Below, in pieces: positions 26,072 through 42,800 of a DNA stretch of 64,000 bases. The position numbers were made by a program, and so were the translations under genes. The DNA comes from the human T2T-CHM13v2.0 reference genome, Homo sapiens: the NCBI RefSeq assembly GCF_009914755.1, contig NC_060939.1; one strand, given 5' to 3'. The notes below the pieces were generated by a model. It was not told where the DNA came from. It searched no databases and worked only from the letters and a program-made list of their open reading frames with translations. Every line of letters begins with the position of its first letter. Position 1 is the first letter of the stretch.

Positions 26072-29000
26072 TTGAGTCCATTCAATTCCATTCCTTTCGT
26101 TTCCATTCCATTTGATGCCATTCCATTCAATTCTGTTCTACTCGACTCCAATACATTCAATTCCATTCCATCCGATTCCATTACATTCTTTTCATTTCTT
26201 ATCCATTTCAAGCCATTCCACTCCATTCCATTCCACTCGTTTCCTTTCCATTCGAGTCCATTCCTCTCCAGTCCATTCCGTTCAATCCATTCCATTCCAG
26301 TCCATTCCATTCGAGTCCGTTCCATTCCAGTCCATTCCATTCGAGTCAATTCCATCCCATTCGATGTCTTTCCATAACGATCCATTCCATTCTATTCCTT
26401 TCGATTCCATTCCATTCTATTTCATTCCATTCGATTCCCTTCCATTGGACTCCTTTCCATTCGAGTGCATTCCATTCCGTTCCATTTCTTTCCGTTCTGC
26501 ACGATTCCTTCCGTTCGATTTCATTTTGTTCCTGTCCATTCCTTTCGCGTCCATTCCATTCCATTTCACTCCATTCGATTCCATTCCACTCGATTCCACT
26601 TCGTTCCATTTCATTGCATTCTATTCTATTCAACTCTATTGCCTTCCTTTCCATTCCATTCGATTACATTCCATGCGATTCCATTCGAAATCGAATCAAT
26701 TACATTGCAATCCATTACTATTGAGTCCATTTTATTCCAGTCCACTGCATTCTGGTCCATTCCATTTGATTCCATTCCATTCTATTCCATTCCATACAGT
26801 TGCATTCCATTGGATTCCATTCTATATCTATAAATTCAATTCGAGACCATTGCTTTTGAGTCCATTCTATATGATTCCATTCCATTCAAGTCCATTACAT
26901 TTGGTTCAATTCCATTCCATTCCATTCCCTTCCATTCCATTCCAGTTGATATCAATCCATTCGATTCCATTCCATTCGAGCACATTCCATTCGAGTCCAT
27001 TCCATTCGATGCCATTCCATTTGATTCTATTCCATTAGACTCCCTTCAATTCCATTAATCTCCATTCCATTCCATTCTACTCCAACTGATTCCATTCCAT
27101 TCTATTCCTTTCCATTCCATTTCATTCCATTCCATTCCATTTCATTCCATTCCATTCCATTCGCTTCCATTCCATTCGTGTCCATTCCACTCCAGTCCAT
27201 TCCATTCGTGTCCATTCCATTCCAGTCCATTCCATTTGTGTCCACTGCATTCCATTCCACTCCATTCCATATTATTCCATTACACTCCATTCCATTCTAT
27301 TACTTTCATTTCCATTCAATTCCATTCCATTTGATTCCACTCCACTCGGTTTCATTCCATTTGAGTCCACTCCATTCCATTCCATTCCATTCCATTCAGT
27401 TCCATTCCATTCTGTTCCATTCCATTCCGTTCCATTGCATTGCATTCCATTCGGTACCATTCCATATTGTTCCATTCGATTCCATTCGAATCCATTCCAT
27501 TCCAGTCCATTCCATTCGATTCCATTCCATTCCTTTCAATTCCATTCCATTCCATTCCATTCCACTTGATTCCACTCCATTCCCTTCCACTGCATTCCAT
27601 TCGATTCCATTCCATTGCATTGCATTCCATTCCATTGGACTGCATTCCATTCGATTCCATTCCATTCGAATCAATTACATAGCAATCCATTACATTCGAG
27701 TCTATTCTATTCCGTTCCATTCGATTTCGTTCCAATCCATTCGATTCCATTCCATTCGATTCCATTCCATACTATTGCATTCCATTCTATTACATTATAT
27801 TCGAATAAGTTCCATTCAAGACCATTTCTTTTGAGTCCATTCTATTTGAGTCCATTCCCTTTGAGTCCATAACATTTGAGTCCATTCAATTCCATTCCTT
27901 TCGTTTCCATTCCATTTGAAGCCATTCCATTCAATTCTGTTCTACTCGACTCCAATACATTCAATTCCATTCCATCCGATTCCATTACATTCTTTTCATT
28001 TCTTATCCATTTCAAGCCATTCCACTCCATTCCATTCCACTCGTTTCCTTTCCATTCGAGTCCATTCCTCTCCAGTCCATTCCATTCAATCCATTCCATT
28101 CCAGTCCATTCCATTCGAGTCCGTTCCATTCCAGTCCATTCCATTCGAGTCAATTCCATTCCATTCGATGTCTTTCCATAACGATCCATTCCATTCTATT
28201 CCTTTCGATTCCATTCCATTCTATTTCATTCCATTCGATTCCCTTCCATTGGACTCCTTTCCATTCGAGTGCATTCCATTCCGTTCCATTTCTTTCCGTT
28301 CTGTACGATTCCTACCGTTTGATTTCATTTTGTTCCAGTCCATTCCTTTCGCGTCCATTCCATTCCATTTCACTCCATTCGATTCCATTCCACTCGATTC
28401 CACTTCGTTCCATTTCATTGCATTCCATTCTATTCAACTCTATTGCCTTCCATTCCATTCCATTCGATTACATTCCATGCGATTCCATTCGAAATCGAAT
28501 CAATTACATTGCAATCCATAACTATTGAGTCCGTTTTATTCCAGTCCACTGCATTCTGGTCCATTCCATTTGATTCCATTCCATTCTATTCCATTCCATA
28601 CAGTTGCATTCCATTGGATTCCATGCTATATCTATAAATTCAATTCGAGACCATTGCTTTTGAGTCCATTCTATATGATTCCATTCCATTCAAGTCCATT
28701 ACATTTGGTTCAATTCCATTCCATTCCATTCCCTTCCATTCCATTCCAGTTGATATCAATCCATTCGATTCCATTCCATTCGAGCACATTCCATTCGAGT
28801 CCATTCCATTCGATGCCATTCCATTTGATTCTATTCCATTAGTCTCCCTTCAATTCCATTAATCTCCATTCCATTCCATTCTACTCCAACTGATTCCATT
28901 CCATTCTATTCCTTTCCATTCCATTTCATTCCATTCCATTCCATTTCATTCCATTCCATTCCATTCGCTTCCATTCCATTCGTGTCCATTCCACTCCAGT

Positions 29001-30899
29001 CCATTCCATTCGTGTCCATTCCATTCCAGTCCATTCCATTTGTGTCCACTGCATTCCATTCCACTCCATTCCATATTATTCCATTACACTCCATTCCATT
29101 CTATTACTTTCATTTCCATTCAATTCCATTCCATATGATTCCACTCCACTCGGTTTCATTCCATTTGAGTCCACTCCATTCCATTCCATTCCATTCCATT
29201 CAGTTCCATTCCATTCTGTTCCATTCCATTCCGTTCCATTGCATTCCATTCCATTCGGTACCATTCCATATTGTTCCATTCGATTCCATTCGAATCCATT
29301 GCATTCCAGTCCATTCCATTCGATTCCATTCCATTCCTTTCAATTCCATTCCATTCCATTCCATTCCACTTGATTCCACTCCATTCCCTTCCACTGCATT
29401 CCATTCGATTCCATTCCTTTGCATTGCATTCCATTCCATTGGACTGCATTCCATTCGATTCCATTCCATTCGAATCAATTACATAGCAATCCATTACATT
29501 CGAGTCTATTCTATTCCGTTCCATTCGATTTCGTTCCAATCCCTTCGATTCCATTCCATTCGATTCCATTCCATACTATTGCATTCCATTCTATTACATT
29601 ATATTCGAATAAGTTCCATTCAAGACCATTTCTTTTGAGTCCATTCTATTTGAGTCCATTCCCTTTGATTCCATAACATTTGAGTCCATTCAATTCCATT
29701 CCTTTCGTTTCCATTCCATTTGAAGCCATTCCATTCAATTCTGTTCTACTCGACTCCAATACATTCAATTCCATTCCATCCGATTCCATTACATTCTTTT
29801 CATTTCTTATCCATTTCAAGCCATTCCACTCCATTCCATTCCACTCGTTTCCTTTCCATTCGAGTCCATTCCTCTCCAGTCCATTCCATTCAATCCATTC
29901 CATTCCAGTCCATTCCATTCGAGTCCGTTCCATTCCAGTCCATTCCATTCGAGTCAATTGCATCCCATTCGATGTCTTTCCATAACGATCCATTCCATTC
30001 TATTCCTTTCGATTCCATTCCATTCTATTTCATTCCATTCGATTCCCTTCCATTGGACTCCTTTCCATTCGAGTGCATTCCATTCCGTTCCATTTCTTTC
30101 CGTTCTGTACGATTCCTACCGTTCGATTTCATTTTGTTCCAGTCCATTCCTTTCGCGTCCATTCCATTCCATTTCACTCCATTCGATTCCATTCCACTCG
30201 ATTCCACTTCGTTCCATTTCATTGCATTCCATTCTATTCAACTCTATTGCCTTCCATTCCATTCCATTCGATTACATTCCATGCGATTCCATTCGAAATC
30301 GAATCAATTACATTGCAATCCATTACTATTGAGTCCGTTTTATTCCAGTCCACTGCATTCTGGTCCATTCCATTTGATTCCATTCCATTCTATTCCATTC
30401 CATACAGTTGCATTCCATTGGATTCCATGCTATATCTATAAATTCAATTCGAGACCATTGCTTTTGAGTCCATTCTATATGATTCCATTCCATTCAAGTC
30501 CATTACATTTGGTTAAATTCCATTCCATTCGGTTCAATTCCATTCCATTCCATTCCCTTCCATTCCATTCCAGTTGATATCAATCCATTCGATTCCATTC
30601 CATTCGAGCACATTCCATTCGAGTCCATTCCATTCGATGCCTTTCCATTTGATTCTATTCCATTAGTCTCCATTCAATTCCATTAATCTCCATTCCATTC
30701 CATTCTACTCCAACTGATTCCATTCCATTCTATTCCTTTCCATTCCATTTCATTCCATTCCATTCCATTCCATTCCATTCCATTCGCTTCCATTCCATTC
30801 GTGTCCATTCCACTCCAGTCCATTCCATTCGTGTCCATTCCATTCCAGTCCATTCCATTTGTGTCCACTGCATTCCATTCCACTCCATTCCATATTATT

Positions 30900-33800
30900 C
30901 CATTACACTCCATTCCATTCTATTACTTTCATTTCCATTCAATTCTGTTCCATTTGATTCCATTCCACTCGGTTTCATTCCATTTGAGTCCACTCCATTC
31001 CATTCCATTCCATTCCGTTCAGTTCCATTCCATTCTGTTCCATTCCATTCCGTTCCATTGCATTCCATTCCATTCGGTACCATTCCACATTGTTCCATTC
31101 GATTCCATTCGAATCCATTCCATTCCAGTCCATTCCATTCGATTCCATTCCATTCCTTTCAATTCTATTCCATTCCATTCCATTCCACTTGATTCCACTC
31201 CATTCCCTTCCACTGCATTCCATTCGATTCCATTCCATTGCATTGCATTCCATTCCATTGTACTGCATTTCATTCGATTCCATTCCATTCGAATCAATTA
31301 CATATCAATCCATTACATTCGGGTCTATTCTATTCCGTTCCATTCGATTTCATTCCAATCCATTCGATTCCATTCCATACTATTGCATTCCATTCTATTA
31401 CATTTTATTCGAATAAGTTCCATTCAAGACCATTTCTTTTGAGTCCATTCTATTTGAGTCCATTCTATTTGAATCCATTCCCTTTGATTCCATAACATTT
31501 GAGTCCATTCAATTCCATTCCTTTCGTTTCCATTCCATTTGATGCCATTCCATTCAATTCTGTTCTACTCGACTCCAATACATTCAATTCCATTCCATCC
31601 GATTCCATTACATTCTTTTCATTTCTTATCCATTTCAAGCCATTCCACTCCATTCCATTCCACTCGTTTCCTTTCCATTCGAGTCCATTCCTCTCCAGTC
31701 CATTCCGTTCAATCCATTCCATTCCAGTCCATTCCATTCGAGTCCGTTCCATTCCATTCCATTCCATTCGAGTCAATTCCATTCCATTCGATGTCTTTCC
31801 ATAACGATCCATTCCATTCTATTCCTTTCGATTCCATTCCATTCTATTTCATTCCATTCGATTCCCTTCCATTGGACTCCTTTCCATTCGAGTGCATTCC
31901 ATTCCGTTCCATTTCTTTCCGTTCTGTACGATTCCTACCGTTCGATTTCTTTTTGTTCCAGTCCATTCCTTTCGCGTCCATTCCATTCCATTTCACTCCA
32001 TTCGGTTCCATTCCACTCGATTCCACTTCGTTCCATTTCATTGCATTCCATTCTATTCAACTCTATTGCCTTCCATTCCATTCCATTCCATTACATTCCA
32101 TGCGATTCCATTCGAAATCGAATCAATTACATTGCAATCCATTACTATTGAGTCCATTTTATTCCAGTCCACTGCATTCTGGTCCATTCCATTTGATTCC
32201 ATTCCATTCTATTCCATTCCATACAGTTGCATTCCATTGGATTCCATTCTATATCTATAAATTCAATTCGAGACCATTGCTTTTGAATCCATTCCATATG
32301 ATTCCATTCCATTCAAGTCCATTACATTTGGTTCAATTCCATTCCATTCCATTCCCTTCCATTCCATTCCAGTTGATATCAATCCATTCGATTCCATTCC
32401 ATTCGAGCACATTCCATTGGAGTCCATTCCATTCGATGCCATTCCATTTGATTCTATTCCATTAGTCTCCATTCAATTCCATTAATCTCCATTCCATTCC
32501 ATTCTACTCCAACTGATTCCATTCCATTCTATTCCTTTCCATTCCATTTCATTCCATTCCATTCCATTTCATTCCATTCCATTCCATTCGCTTCCATTCC
32601 ATTCGTGTCCATTCCACTCCAGTCCATTCCATTCGTGTCCATTCCATTCCAGTCCATTCCATTTGTGTCCACTGCATTCCATTCCACTCCATTCCATATT
32701 ATTCCATTACACTCCATTCCATTCTATTACTTTCATTTCCATTCAATTCCATTCCATTTGATTCCATTCCACTCGGTTTCATTCCATTTGAGTCCACTCC
32801 ATTCCATTCCATTCCATTCCATTCACTTCCATTCCATTCCGTTCCATTCCATTCCGTTCCATTGCATTCCATTCCATTCGGTACCATTCCATATTGTTCC
32901 ATTCGATTCCATTCGAATCCATTCCATTCCAGTCCATTCCATTCGATTCCATTCCATTCCTTTCAATTCCATTCCATTCCATTCCATTCCACTTGATTCC
33001 ACTCCATTCCCTTCCACTGCATTCCATTCGATTCCATTCCATTGCATTGCATTCCATTCCATTGGACTGCATTCCATTCGATTCCATTCCATTCGAATCA
33101 ATTACATAGCAATCCATTACATTCGGGTCTATTCTATTCCGTTCCATTCGATTTCGTTCCAATCCATTCGATTCCATTCCATTCGATTCCATTCCATACT
33201 ATTGCATTCCATTCGATTACATTATATTCGAATAAGTTGCATTCAAGACCATTTCTTTTGAGTCCATTCTATTTGAGTCCATTCCCTTTGATTCCATAAC
33301 ATTTGAGTCCATTCAATTCCATTCCTTTCGTTTGCATTCCATTTGATGCCATTCCATTCAATTCTGTTCTACTCGACTCCAATACATTCAATTCCATTCC
33401 ATCCGATTCCATTACATTCTTTTCATTTCTTATCCATTTCAAGCCATTCCACTCCATTCCATTCCACTCGTTTCCTTTCCATTCGAGTCCATTCCTCTCC
33501 AGTCCATTCCGTTCAATCCATTCCATTACAGTCCATTCCATTCGAGTCCGTTCCATTCCAGTCCAATCCATTCGAGTCAATTCCATCCCATTCGATGTCT
33601 TTCCATAACGATCCATTCCATTCTATTCCTTTCGATTCCATTCCATTCTATTTCATTCCATTCGATTCCCTTCCATTGGACTCCTTTCCATTCGAGTGCA
33701 TTCCATTCCGTTCCATTTCTTTCCGTTCTGTACGATTCCTACCGTTCGATTTCATTTTGTTCCAGTCCATTCCTTTCGCGTCCATTCCATTCCATTTCAC

Positions 33801-36800
33801 TCCATTCGATTCCATTCCACTCGATTCCACTTCGTTCCATTTCATTGCATTCCATTCTATTCAACTCTATTGCCTTCCATTCCATTCCATTCCATTACAT
33901 TCCATGCGATTCCATTCGAAATCGAATCAATTACATTGCAATCCATTACTATTGAGTCCATTTTATTCCAGTCCACTGCATTCTGGTCCATTCCATTTGA
34001 TTCCATTCCATTCTATTCCATTCCATACAGTTGCATTCCATTGGATTCCATTCTATATCTATAAATTCAATTCGAGACCATTGCTTTTGAGTCCATTCTA
34101 TATGATTCCATTCCATTCAAGTCCATTACATTTGGTTCAAATCCATTCCATTCCATTCCCTTCCATTCCATTCCAGTTGATATCAATCCATTCGATTCCA
34201 TTCCATTCGAGCACATTCCATTCGAGTCCATTCCATTCGATGCCATTCCATTTGATTCTATTCCATTAGTCTCCATTCAATTCCATTAATCTCCATTCCA
34301 TTCCATTCTACTCCAACTGATTCCATTCCATTCTATTCCTTTCCATTCCATTTCATTCCATTCCATTCCATTCCATTCCATTCCATTCCATTCCATTCGC
34401 TTCCATTCCATTCGTGTCCATTCCACTCCAGTCCATTCCATTCGTGTCCATTCCATTCCAGTCCATTCCATTTGTGTCCACTGCATTCCATTCCACTCCA
34501 TTCCATATTATTCCATTACACTCCATTCCATTCTATTACTTTCATTTCCATTCAATTCCTTTGCATTTGATTCCATTCCACACGGTTTCATTCCATTTGA
34601 GTCCACTCCATTCCATTCCATTCCATTCCGTTCAGTTCCATTCCATTCTGTTCCATTCCATTCCGTTCCATTGCATTACATTCCATTCGGTACCATTCCA
34701 CATTGTTCCATTCGATTCCATTCGAATCCATTCCATTCCAGTCCATTCCATTCGATTCCATTCCATTCCTTTCAATTCTATTCCATTCCATTCCATTCCA
34801 CTTGATTCCACTCCATTCCATTCCACTGCATTCCATTCGATTCCATTCCATTGCATTGCATTCCATTCCATTGGACTGCATTCCATTCGATTCCATTCCA
34901 TTCGAATCAATTACATAGCAATCCATTACATTCGAGTCTATTCTATTCCGTTCCATTCGATTTCATTCCAATCCATTCGATTCCATTCCATACTATTGCA
35001 TTCCATTCTATTACATTTTATTCGAATAAGTTCCATTCAAGACCATTTCTTTTGAGTCCATTCTATTTGAGTCCATTCTATTTGAATCCATTCCCTTTGA
35101 TTCCATAACATTTGAGTCCATTCAATTCCATTCCTTTCGTTTCCATTCCATTTGATGCCATTCCATTCAATTCTGTTCTACTCGACTCCAATACATTCAA
35201 TTCCATTCCATCCGATTCCATTACATTCTTTTCATTTCTTATCCATTTCAAGCCATTCCACTCCATTCCATTCCACTCGTTTCCTTTCCATTCGAGTCCA
35301 TTCCTCTCCAGTCCATTCCGTTCAATCCATTCCATTCCAGTCCATTCCATTCGAGTCCGTTCCATTCCATTCCATTCCATTCGAGTCAATTCCATTCCAT
35401 TCGATGTCTTTCCATAACGATCCATTCCATTCTATTCCTTTCGATTCCATTCCATTCTATTTCATTCCATTCGATTCCCTTCCATTGGACTCCTTTCCAT
35501 TCGAGTGCATTCCATTCCGTTCCATTTCTTTCCGTTCTGTACGATTCCTACCGTTCGATTTCATTTTGTTCCAGTCCATTCCTTTCGCGTCCATTCCATT
35601 CCATTTCACTCCATTCGGTTCCATTCCACTCGATTCCACTTCGTTCCATTTCATTGCATTCCATTCTATTCAACTCTATTGCCTTCCATTCCATTCCATT
35701 CCATTACATTCCATGCGATTCCATTCGAAATCGAATCAATTACATTGCAATCCATTACTATTGAGTCCATTTTATTCCAGTCCACTGCATTCTGGTCCAT
35801 TCCATTTGATTCCATTCCATTCTATTCCATTCCATACAGTTGCATTCCATTGGATTCCATTCTATATCTATAAATTCAATTCGAGACCATTGCTTTTGAA
35901 TCCATTCCATATGATTCCATTCCATTCAAGTCCATTACATTTGGTTCAATTCCATTCCATTCCATTCCCTTCCATTCCATTCCAGTTGATATCAATCCAT
36001 TCGATTCCATTCCATTCGAGCACATTCCATTGGAGTCCATTCCATTCGATGCCATTCCATTTGATTCTATTCCATTAGTCTCCATTCAATTCCATTAATC
36101 TCCATTCCATTCCATTCTACTCCAACTGATTCCATTCCATTCTATTCCTTTCCATTCCATTTCATTCCATTCCATTCCATTTCATTCCATTCCATTCGCT
36201 TCCATTCCATTCGTGTCCATTCCACTCCAGTCCATTCCATTCGTATCCATTCCATTCCAGTCCATTCCATTTGTGTCCACTGCATTCCATTCCACTCCAT
36301 TCCATATTATTCCATTACACTCCATTCCATTCTATTACTTTCATTTCCATTCAATTCCATTCCATTTGATTCCATTCCACTCGGTTTCATTCCATTTGAG
36401 TCCACTCCATTCCATTCCATTCCATTCCATTCACTTCCATTCCATTCCGTTCCATTCCATTCCGTTCCATTGCATTCCATTCCATTCGGTACCATTCCAT
36501 ATTGTTCCATTCGATTCCATTCGAATCCATTCCATTCCAGTCCATTCCATTCGATTCCATTCCATTCCTTTCAATTCCATTCCATTCCATTCCATTCCAC
36601 TTGATTCCACTCCATTCCCTTCCACTGCATTCCATTCGATTCCATTCCATTGCATTGCATTCCATTCCATTGGACTGCATTCCATTCGATTCCATTCCAT
36701 TCGAATCAATTACATAGCAATCCATTACATTCGGGTCTATTCTATTCCGTTCCATTCGATTTCATTCCAATCCATTCGATTCCATTCCATACTATTGCAT

Positions 36801-39800
36801 TCCATTCTATTACATTTTATTCGAATAAGTTCCATTCAAGACCATTTCTTTTGAGTCCATTCTATTTGAGTCCATTCTATTTGAATCCATTCCCTTTGAT
36901 TCCATAACATTTGAGTCCATTCAATTCCATTCCTTTCGTTTCCATTCCATTTGATGCCATTCCATTCAATTCTGTTCTACTCGACTCCAATACATTCAAT
37001 TCCATTCCATCCGATTCCATTACATTCTTTTCATTTCTTATCCATTTCAAGCCATTCCACTGCATTCCATTCCACTCGTTTCCTTTCCATTCGAGTCCAT
37101 TCCTCTCCAGTCCATTCCGTTCAATCCATTCCATTCCAGTCCATTCCATTCGAGTCCGTTCCATTCCATTCCATTCCATTCGAGTCAATTCCATTCCATT
37201 CGATGTCTTTCCATAACGATCCATTCCATTCTATTCCTTTCGATTCCATTCCATTCTATTTCATTCCATTCGATTCCCTTCCATTGGACTCCTTTCCATT
37301 CGAGTGCATTCCATTCCGTTCCATTTCTTTCCGTTCTGTACGATTCCTACCGTTCGATTTCATTTTGTTCCAGTCCATTCCTTTCGCGTCCATTCCATTC
37401 CATTTCACTCCATTCGGTTCCATTCCACTCGATTCCACTTCGTTCCATTTCATTGCATTCCATTCTATTCAACTCTATTGCCTTCCATTCCATTCCATTC
37501 CATTACATTCCATGCGATTCCATTCGAAATCGAATCAATTACATTGCAATCCATTACTATTGAGTCCATTTTATTCCAGTCCACTGCATTCTGGTCCATT
37601 CCATTTGATTCCATTCCATTCTATTCCATTCCATACAGTTGCATTCCATTGGATTCCATTCTATATCTATAAATTCAATTCGAGACCATTGCTTTTGAAT
37701 CCATTCCATATGATTCCATTCCATTCAAGTCCATTACATTTGGTTCAATTCCATTCCATTCCATTCCCTTCCATTCCATTCCAGTTGATATCAATCCATT
37801 CGATTCCATTCCATTCGAGCACATTCCATTGGAGTCCATTCCATTCGATGCCATTCCATTTGATTCTATTCCATTAGTCTCCATTCAATTCCATTAATCT
37901 CCATTCCATTCCATTCTACTCCAACTGATTCCATTCCATTCTATTCCTTTCCATTCCATTTCATTCCATTCCATTCCATTTCATTCCATTCCATTCCATT
38001 TCATTCCATTCCATTCCATTCGCTTCCATTCCATTCGTGTCCATTCCACTCCAGTCCATTCCATTCGTGTCCATTCCATTCCAGTCCATTCCATTTGTGT
38101 CCACTGCATTCCATTCCACTCCATTCCATATTATTCCATTACACTCCATTCCATTCTATTACTTTCATTTCCATTCAATTCCATTCCATTTGATTCCATT
38201 CCACTCGGTTTCATTCCATTTGAGTCCACTCCATTCCATTCCATTCCATTCCTTTCACTTCCATTCCATTCCGTTCCATTCCATTCCGTTCCATTGCATT
38301 CCATTCCATTCGGTACCATTCCATATTGTTCCATTCGATTCCATTCGAATCCATTCCATTCCAGTCCATTCCATTCGATTCCATTCCATTCCTTTCAATT
38401 CCATTCCATTCCATTCATTCCACTTGATTCCACTCCATTCCCTTCCACTGCATTCCATTCGATTCCATTCCATTGCATTGCATTCCATTCCATTGGACTG
38501 CATTCCATTCGATTCCATTCCATTCGAATCAATTACATAGCAATCCATTACATTCGGGTCTATTCTATTCCGTTCCATTCGATTTCGTTCCAATCCATTC
38601 GATTCCATTCCATTCGATTCCATTCCATACTATTGCATTCCATTCGATTACATTATATTCGAATAAGTTGCATTCAAGACCATTTCTTTTGAGTCCATTC
38701 TATTTGAGTCCATTCCCTTTGATTCCATAACATTTGAGTCCATTCAATTCCATTCCTTTCGTTTGCATTCCATTTGATGCCATTCCATTCAATTCTGTTC
38801 TACTCGACTCCAATACATTCAATTCCATTCCATCCGATTCCATTACATTCTTTTCATTTCTTATCCATTTCAAGCCATTCCACTCCATTCCATTCCACTC
38901 GTTTCCTTTCCATTCGAGTCCATTCCTCTCCAGTCCATTCCGTTCAATCCATTCCATTCCAGTCCATTCCATTCGAGTCCGTTCCATTCCAGTCCAATCC
39001 ATTCGAGTAAATTCCATCCCATTCGATGTCTTTCCATAACGATCCATTCCATTCTATTCCTTTCGATTCCATTCCATTCTATTTCATTCCATTCGATTCC
39101 CTTCCATTGGACTCCTTTCCATTCGAGTGCATTCCATTCCGTTCCATTTCTTTCCGTTCTGTACGATTCCTACCGTTCGATTTCATTTTGTTCCAGTCCA
39201 TTCCTTTCGCGTCCATTGCATTCCATTTCACTCCATTCGATTCCATTCCACTCGATTCCACTTCGTTCCATTTCATTGCATTCCATTCTATTCAACTCTA
39301 TTGCCTTCCATTCCATTCCATTCGATTACATTCCATGCGATTCCATTCGAAATCGAATCAATTACATTGCAATCCATTACTATTGAGTCCATTTTATTCC
39401 AGTCCACTGCATTCTGGTCCATTCCATTTGATTCCATTCCATTCTATTCCATTCCATACAGTTGCATTCCATTGGATTCCATTCTATATCTATAAATTCA
39501 ATTCGAGACCATTGCTTTTGAATCCATTCTATATGATTCCATTCCATTCAAGTCCATTACATTTGGTTCAAATCCATTCCATTCCATTCCCTTCCATTCC
39601 ATTCCAGTTGATATCAATCCATTCGATTCCATTCCATTCGAGCACATTCCATTCGAGTCCATTCCATTCGATGCCATTCCATTTGATTCTATTCCATTAG
39701 TCTCCATTCAATTCCATTAATCTCCATTCCATTCCATTCTACTCCAACTGATTCCATTCCATTCTATTCCTTTCCATTCCATTTCATTCCATTCCATTCC

Positions 39801-42800
39801 ATTCCATTCCATTCCATTCCATTCCATTCGCTTCCATTCCATTCGTGTCCATTCCACTCCAGTCCATTCCATTCGTGTCCATTCCATTCCAGTCCATTCC
39901 ATTTGTGTCCACTGCATTCCATTCCACTCCATTCCATATTATTCCATTACACTCCATTCCATTCTATTACTTTCATTTCCATTCAATTCCGTTGCATTTG
40001 ATTCCATTCCACACGGTTTCATTCCATTTGAGTCCACTCCATTCCATTCCATTCCATTCCGTTCAGTTCCATTCCATTCTGTTCCATTCCATTCCGTTCC
40101 ATTGCATTACATTCCATTCGGTACCATTCCACATTGTTCCATTCGATTCCATTCGAATCCATTCCATTCCAGTCCATTCCATTCGATTCCATTCCATTCC
40201 TTTCAATTCTATTCCATTCCATTCCATTCCACTTGATTCCACTCCATTCCATTCCACTGCATTCCATTCGATTCCATTCCATTGCATTGCATTCCATTCC
40301 ATTGGACTGCATTCCATTCGATTCCATTCCATTCGAATCAATTACATAGCAATCCATTACATTCGGGTCTATTCTATTCCGTTCCATTCGATTTCATTCC
40401 AATCCATTCGATTCCATTCCATACTATTGCATTCCATTCTATTACATTTTATTCGAATAAGTTCCATTCAAGACCATTTCTTTTGAGTCCATTCTATTTG
40501 AGTCCATTCTATTTGAATCCATTCCCTTTGATTCCATAACATTTGAGTCCATTCAATTCCATTCCTTTCGTTTCCATTCCATTTGATGCCATTCCATTCA
40601 ATTCTGTTCTACTCGACTCCAATACATTCAATTCCATTCCATCCGATTCCATTACATTCTTTTCATTTCTTATCCATTTCAAGCCATTCCACTCCATTCC
40701 ATTCCACTCGTTTCCTTTCCATTCGAGTCCATTCCTCTCCAGTCCATTCCGTTCAATCCATTCCATTCCAGTCCATTCCATTCGAGTCCGTTCCATTCCA
40801 TTCCATTCCATTCGAGTCAATTCCATTCCATTCGATGTCTTTCCATAACGATCCATTCCATTCTATTCCTTTCGATTCCATTCCATTCTATTTCATTCCA
40901 TTCGATTCCCTTCCATTGGACTCCTTTCCATTCGAGTGCATTCCATTCCGTTCCATTTCTTTCCGTTCTGTACGATTCCTACCGTTCGATTTCATTTTGT
41001 TCCAGTCCATTCATTTCGCGTCCATTCCATTCCATTTCACTCCATTCGATTCCATTCCACTCGATTCCACTTCGTTCCATTTCATTGCATTCCATTCTAT
41101 TCAACTCTATTGCCTTCCATTCCATTCCATTCGATTACATTCCATGCGATTCCATTCGAAATCGAATCAATTACATTGCAATCCATTACTATTGAGTCCA
41201 TTTTATTCCAGTCCACTGCATTCTGGTCCATTCCATTTGATTCCATTCCATTCTATTCCATTCCATACAGTTGCATTCCATTGGATTCCATTCTATATCT
41301 ATAAATTCAATTCGAGACCATTGCTTTTGAATCCATTCGATATGATTCCATTCCATTCAAGTCCATTACATTTGGTTCAATTCCATTCCATTCCATTCCC
41401 TTCCATTCCATTCCAGTTGATATCAATCCATTCGATTCCATTCCATTCGAGCACATTCCATTTGAGTCCATTCCATTCGATGCCATTCCATTTGATTCTA
41501 TTCCATTAGTCTCCATTCAATTCCATTAATCTCCATTCCATTCCATTCTACTCCAACTGATTCCATTCCATTCTATTCCTTTCCATTCCATTTCATTCCA
41601 TTCCATTCCATTTCATTCCATTCCATTCCATTCGCTTCCATTCCATTCGTGTCCATTCCACTCCAGTCCATTCCATTCGTGTCCATTCCATTCCAGTCCA
41701 TTCCATTTGTGTCCACTGCATTCCATTCCACTCCATTCCATATTATTCCATTACACTCCATTCCATTCTATTACTTTTATTTCCATTCAATTCCATTCCA
41801 TTTGATTCCATTCCACTCGGTTTCATTCCATTTGAGTCCACTCCATTCCATTCCATTCCATTCCATTCAGTTCCATTCCATTCCATTCCATTCCATTCCG
41901 TTCCATTGCATTCCATTCCATTCGGTACCATTCCATATTGTTCCATTCGATTCCATTCGAATCCATTCCATTCCAGTCCATTCCATTCGATTCCATTCCA
42001 TTCCTTTCAATTCCATTCCATTCCATTCCATTCCACTTGATTCCACTCCATTCCCTTCCACTGCATTCCGTTCGATTCCATTCCATTGCATTGCATTCCA
42101 TTCCATTGGACTGCATTCCATTTGATTCCATTCCATTCGAATCAATTACATAGCAATCCATTACATTCGAGTCTATTCTATTCCGTTCCATTCGATTTCG
42201 TTCCAATCCATTCGATTCCATTCCATTCGATTCCATTCCATACTATTGCATTCCATTCGATTACATTATATTCGAATAAGTTGCATTCAAGACCATTTCT
42301 TTTGAGTCCATTCTATTTGAGTCCATTCCCTTTGATTCCATAACATTTGAGTCCATTCAATTCCATTCCTTTCGTTTCCATTCCATTTGATGCCATTCCA
42401 TTCAATTCTGTTCTACTCGACTCCAATACATTCAATTCCATTCCATCCGATTCCATTACATTCTTTTCATTTCTTATCCATTTCAAGCCATTCCACTCCA
42501 TTCCATTCCACTCGTTTCCTTTCCATTCGAGTCCATTCCTCTCCAGTCCATTCCGTTCAATCCATTCCATTACAGTCCATTCCATTCGAGTCCGTTCCAT
42601 TCCAGTCCAATCCATTCGAGTCAATTCCATCCCATTCGATGTCTTTCCATAACGATCCATTCCATTCTATTCCTTTCGATTCCATTCCATTCTATTTCAT
42701 TCCATTCGATTCCCTTCCATTGGACTCCTTTCCATTCGAGTGCATTCCATTCCGTTCCATTTCTTTCCGTTCTGTACGATTCCTACCGTTCGATTTCATT

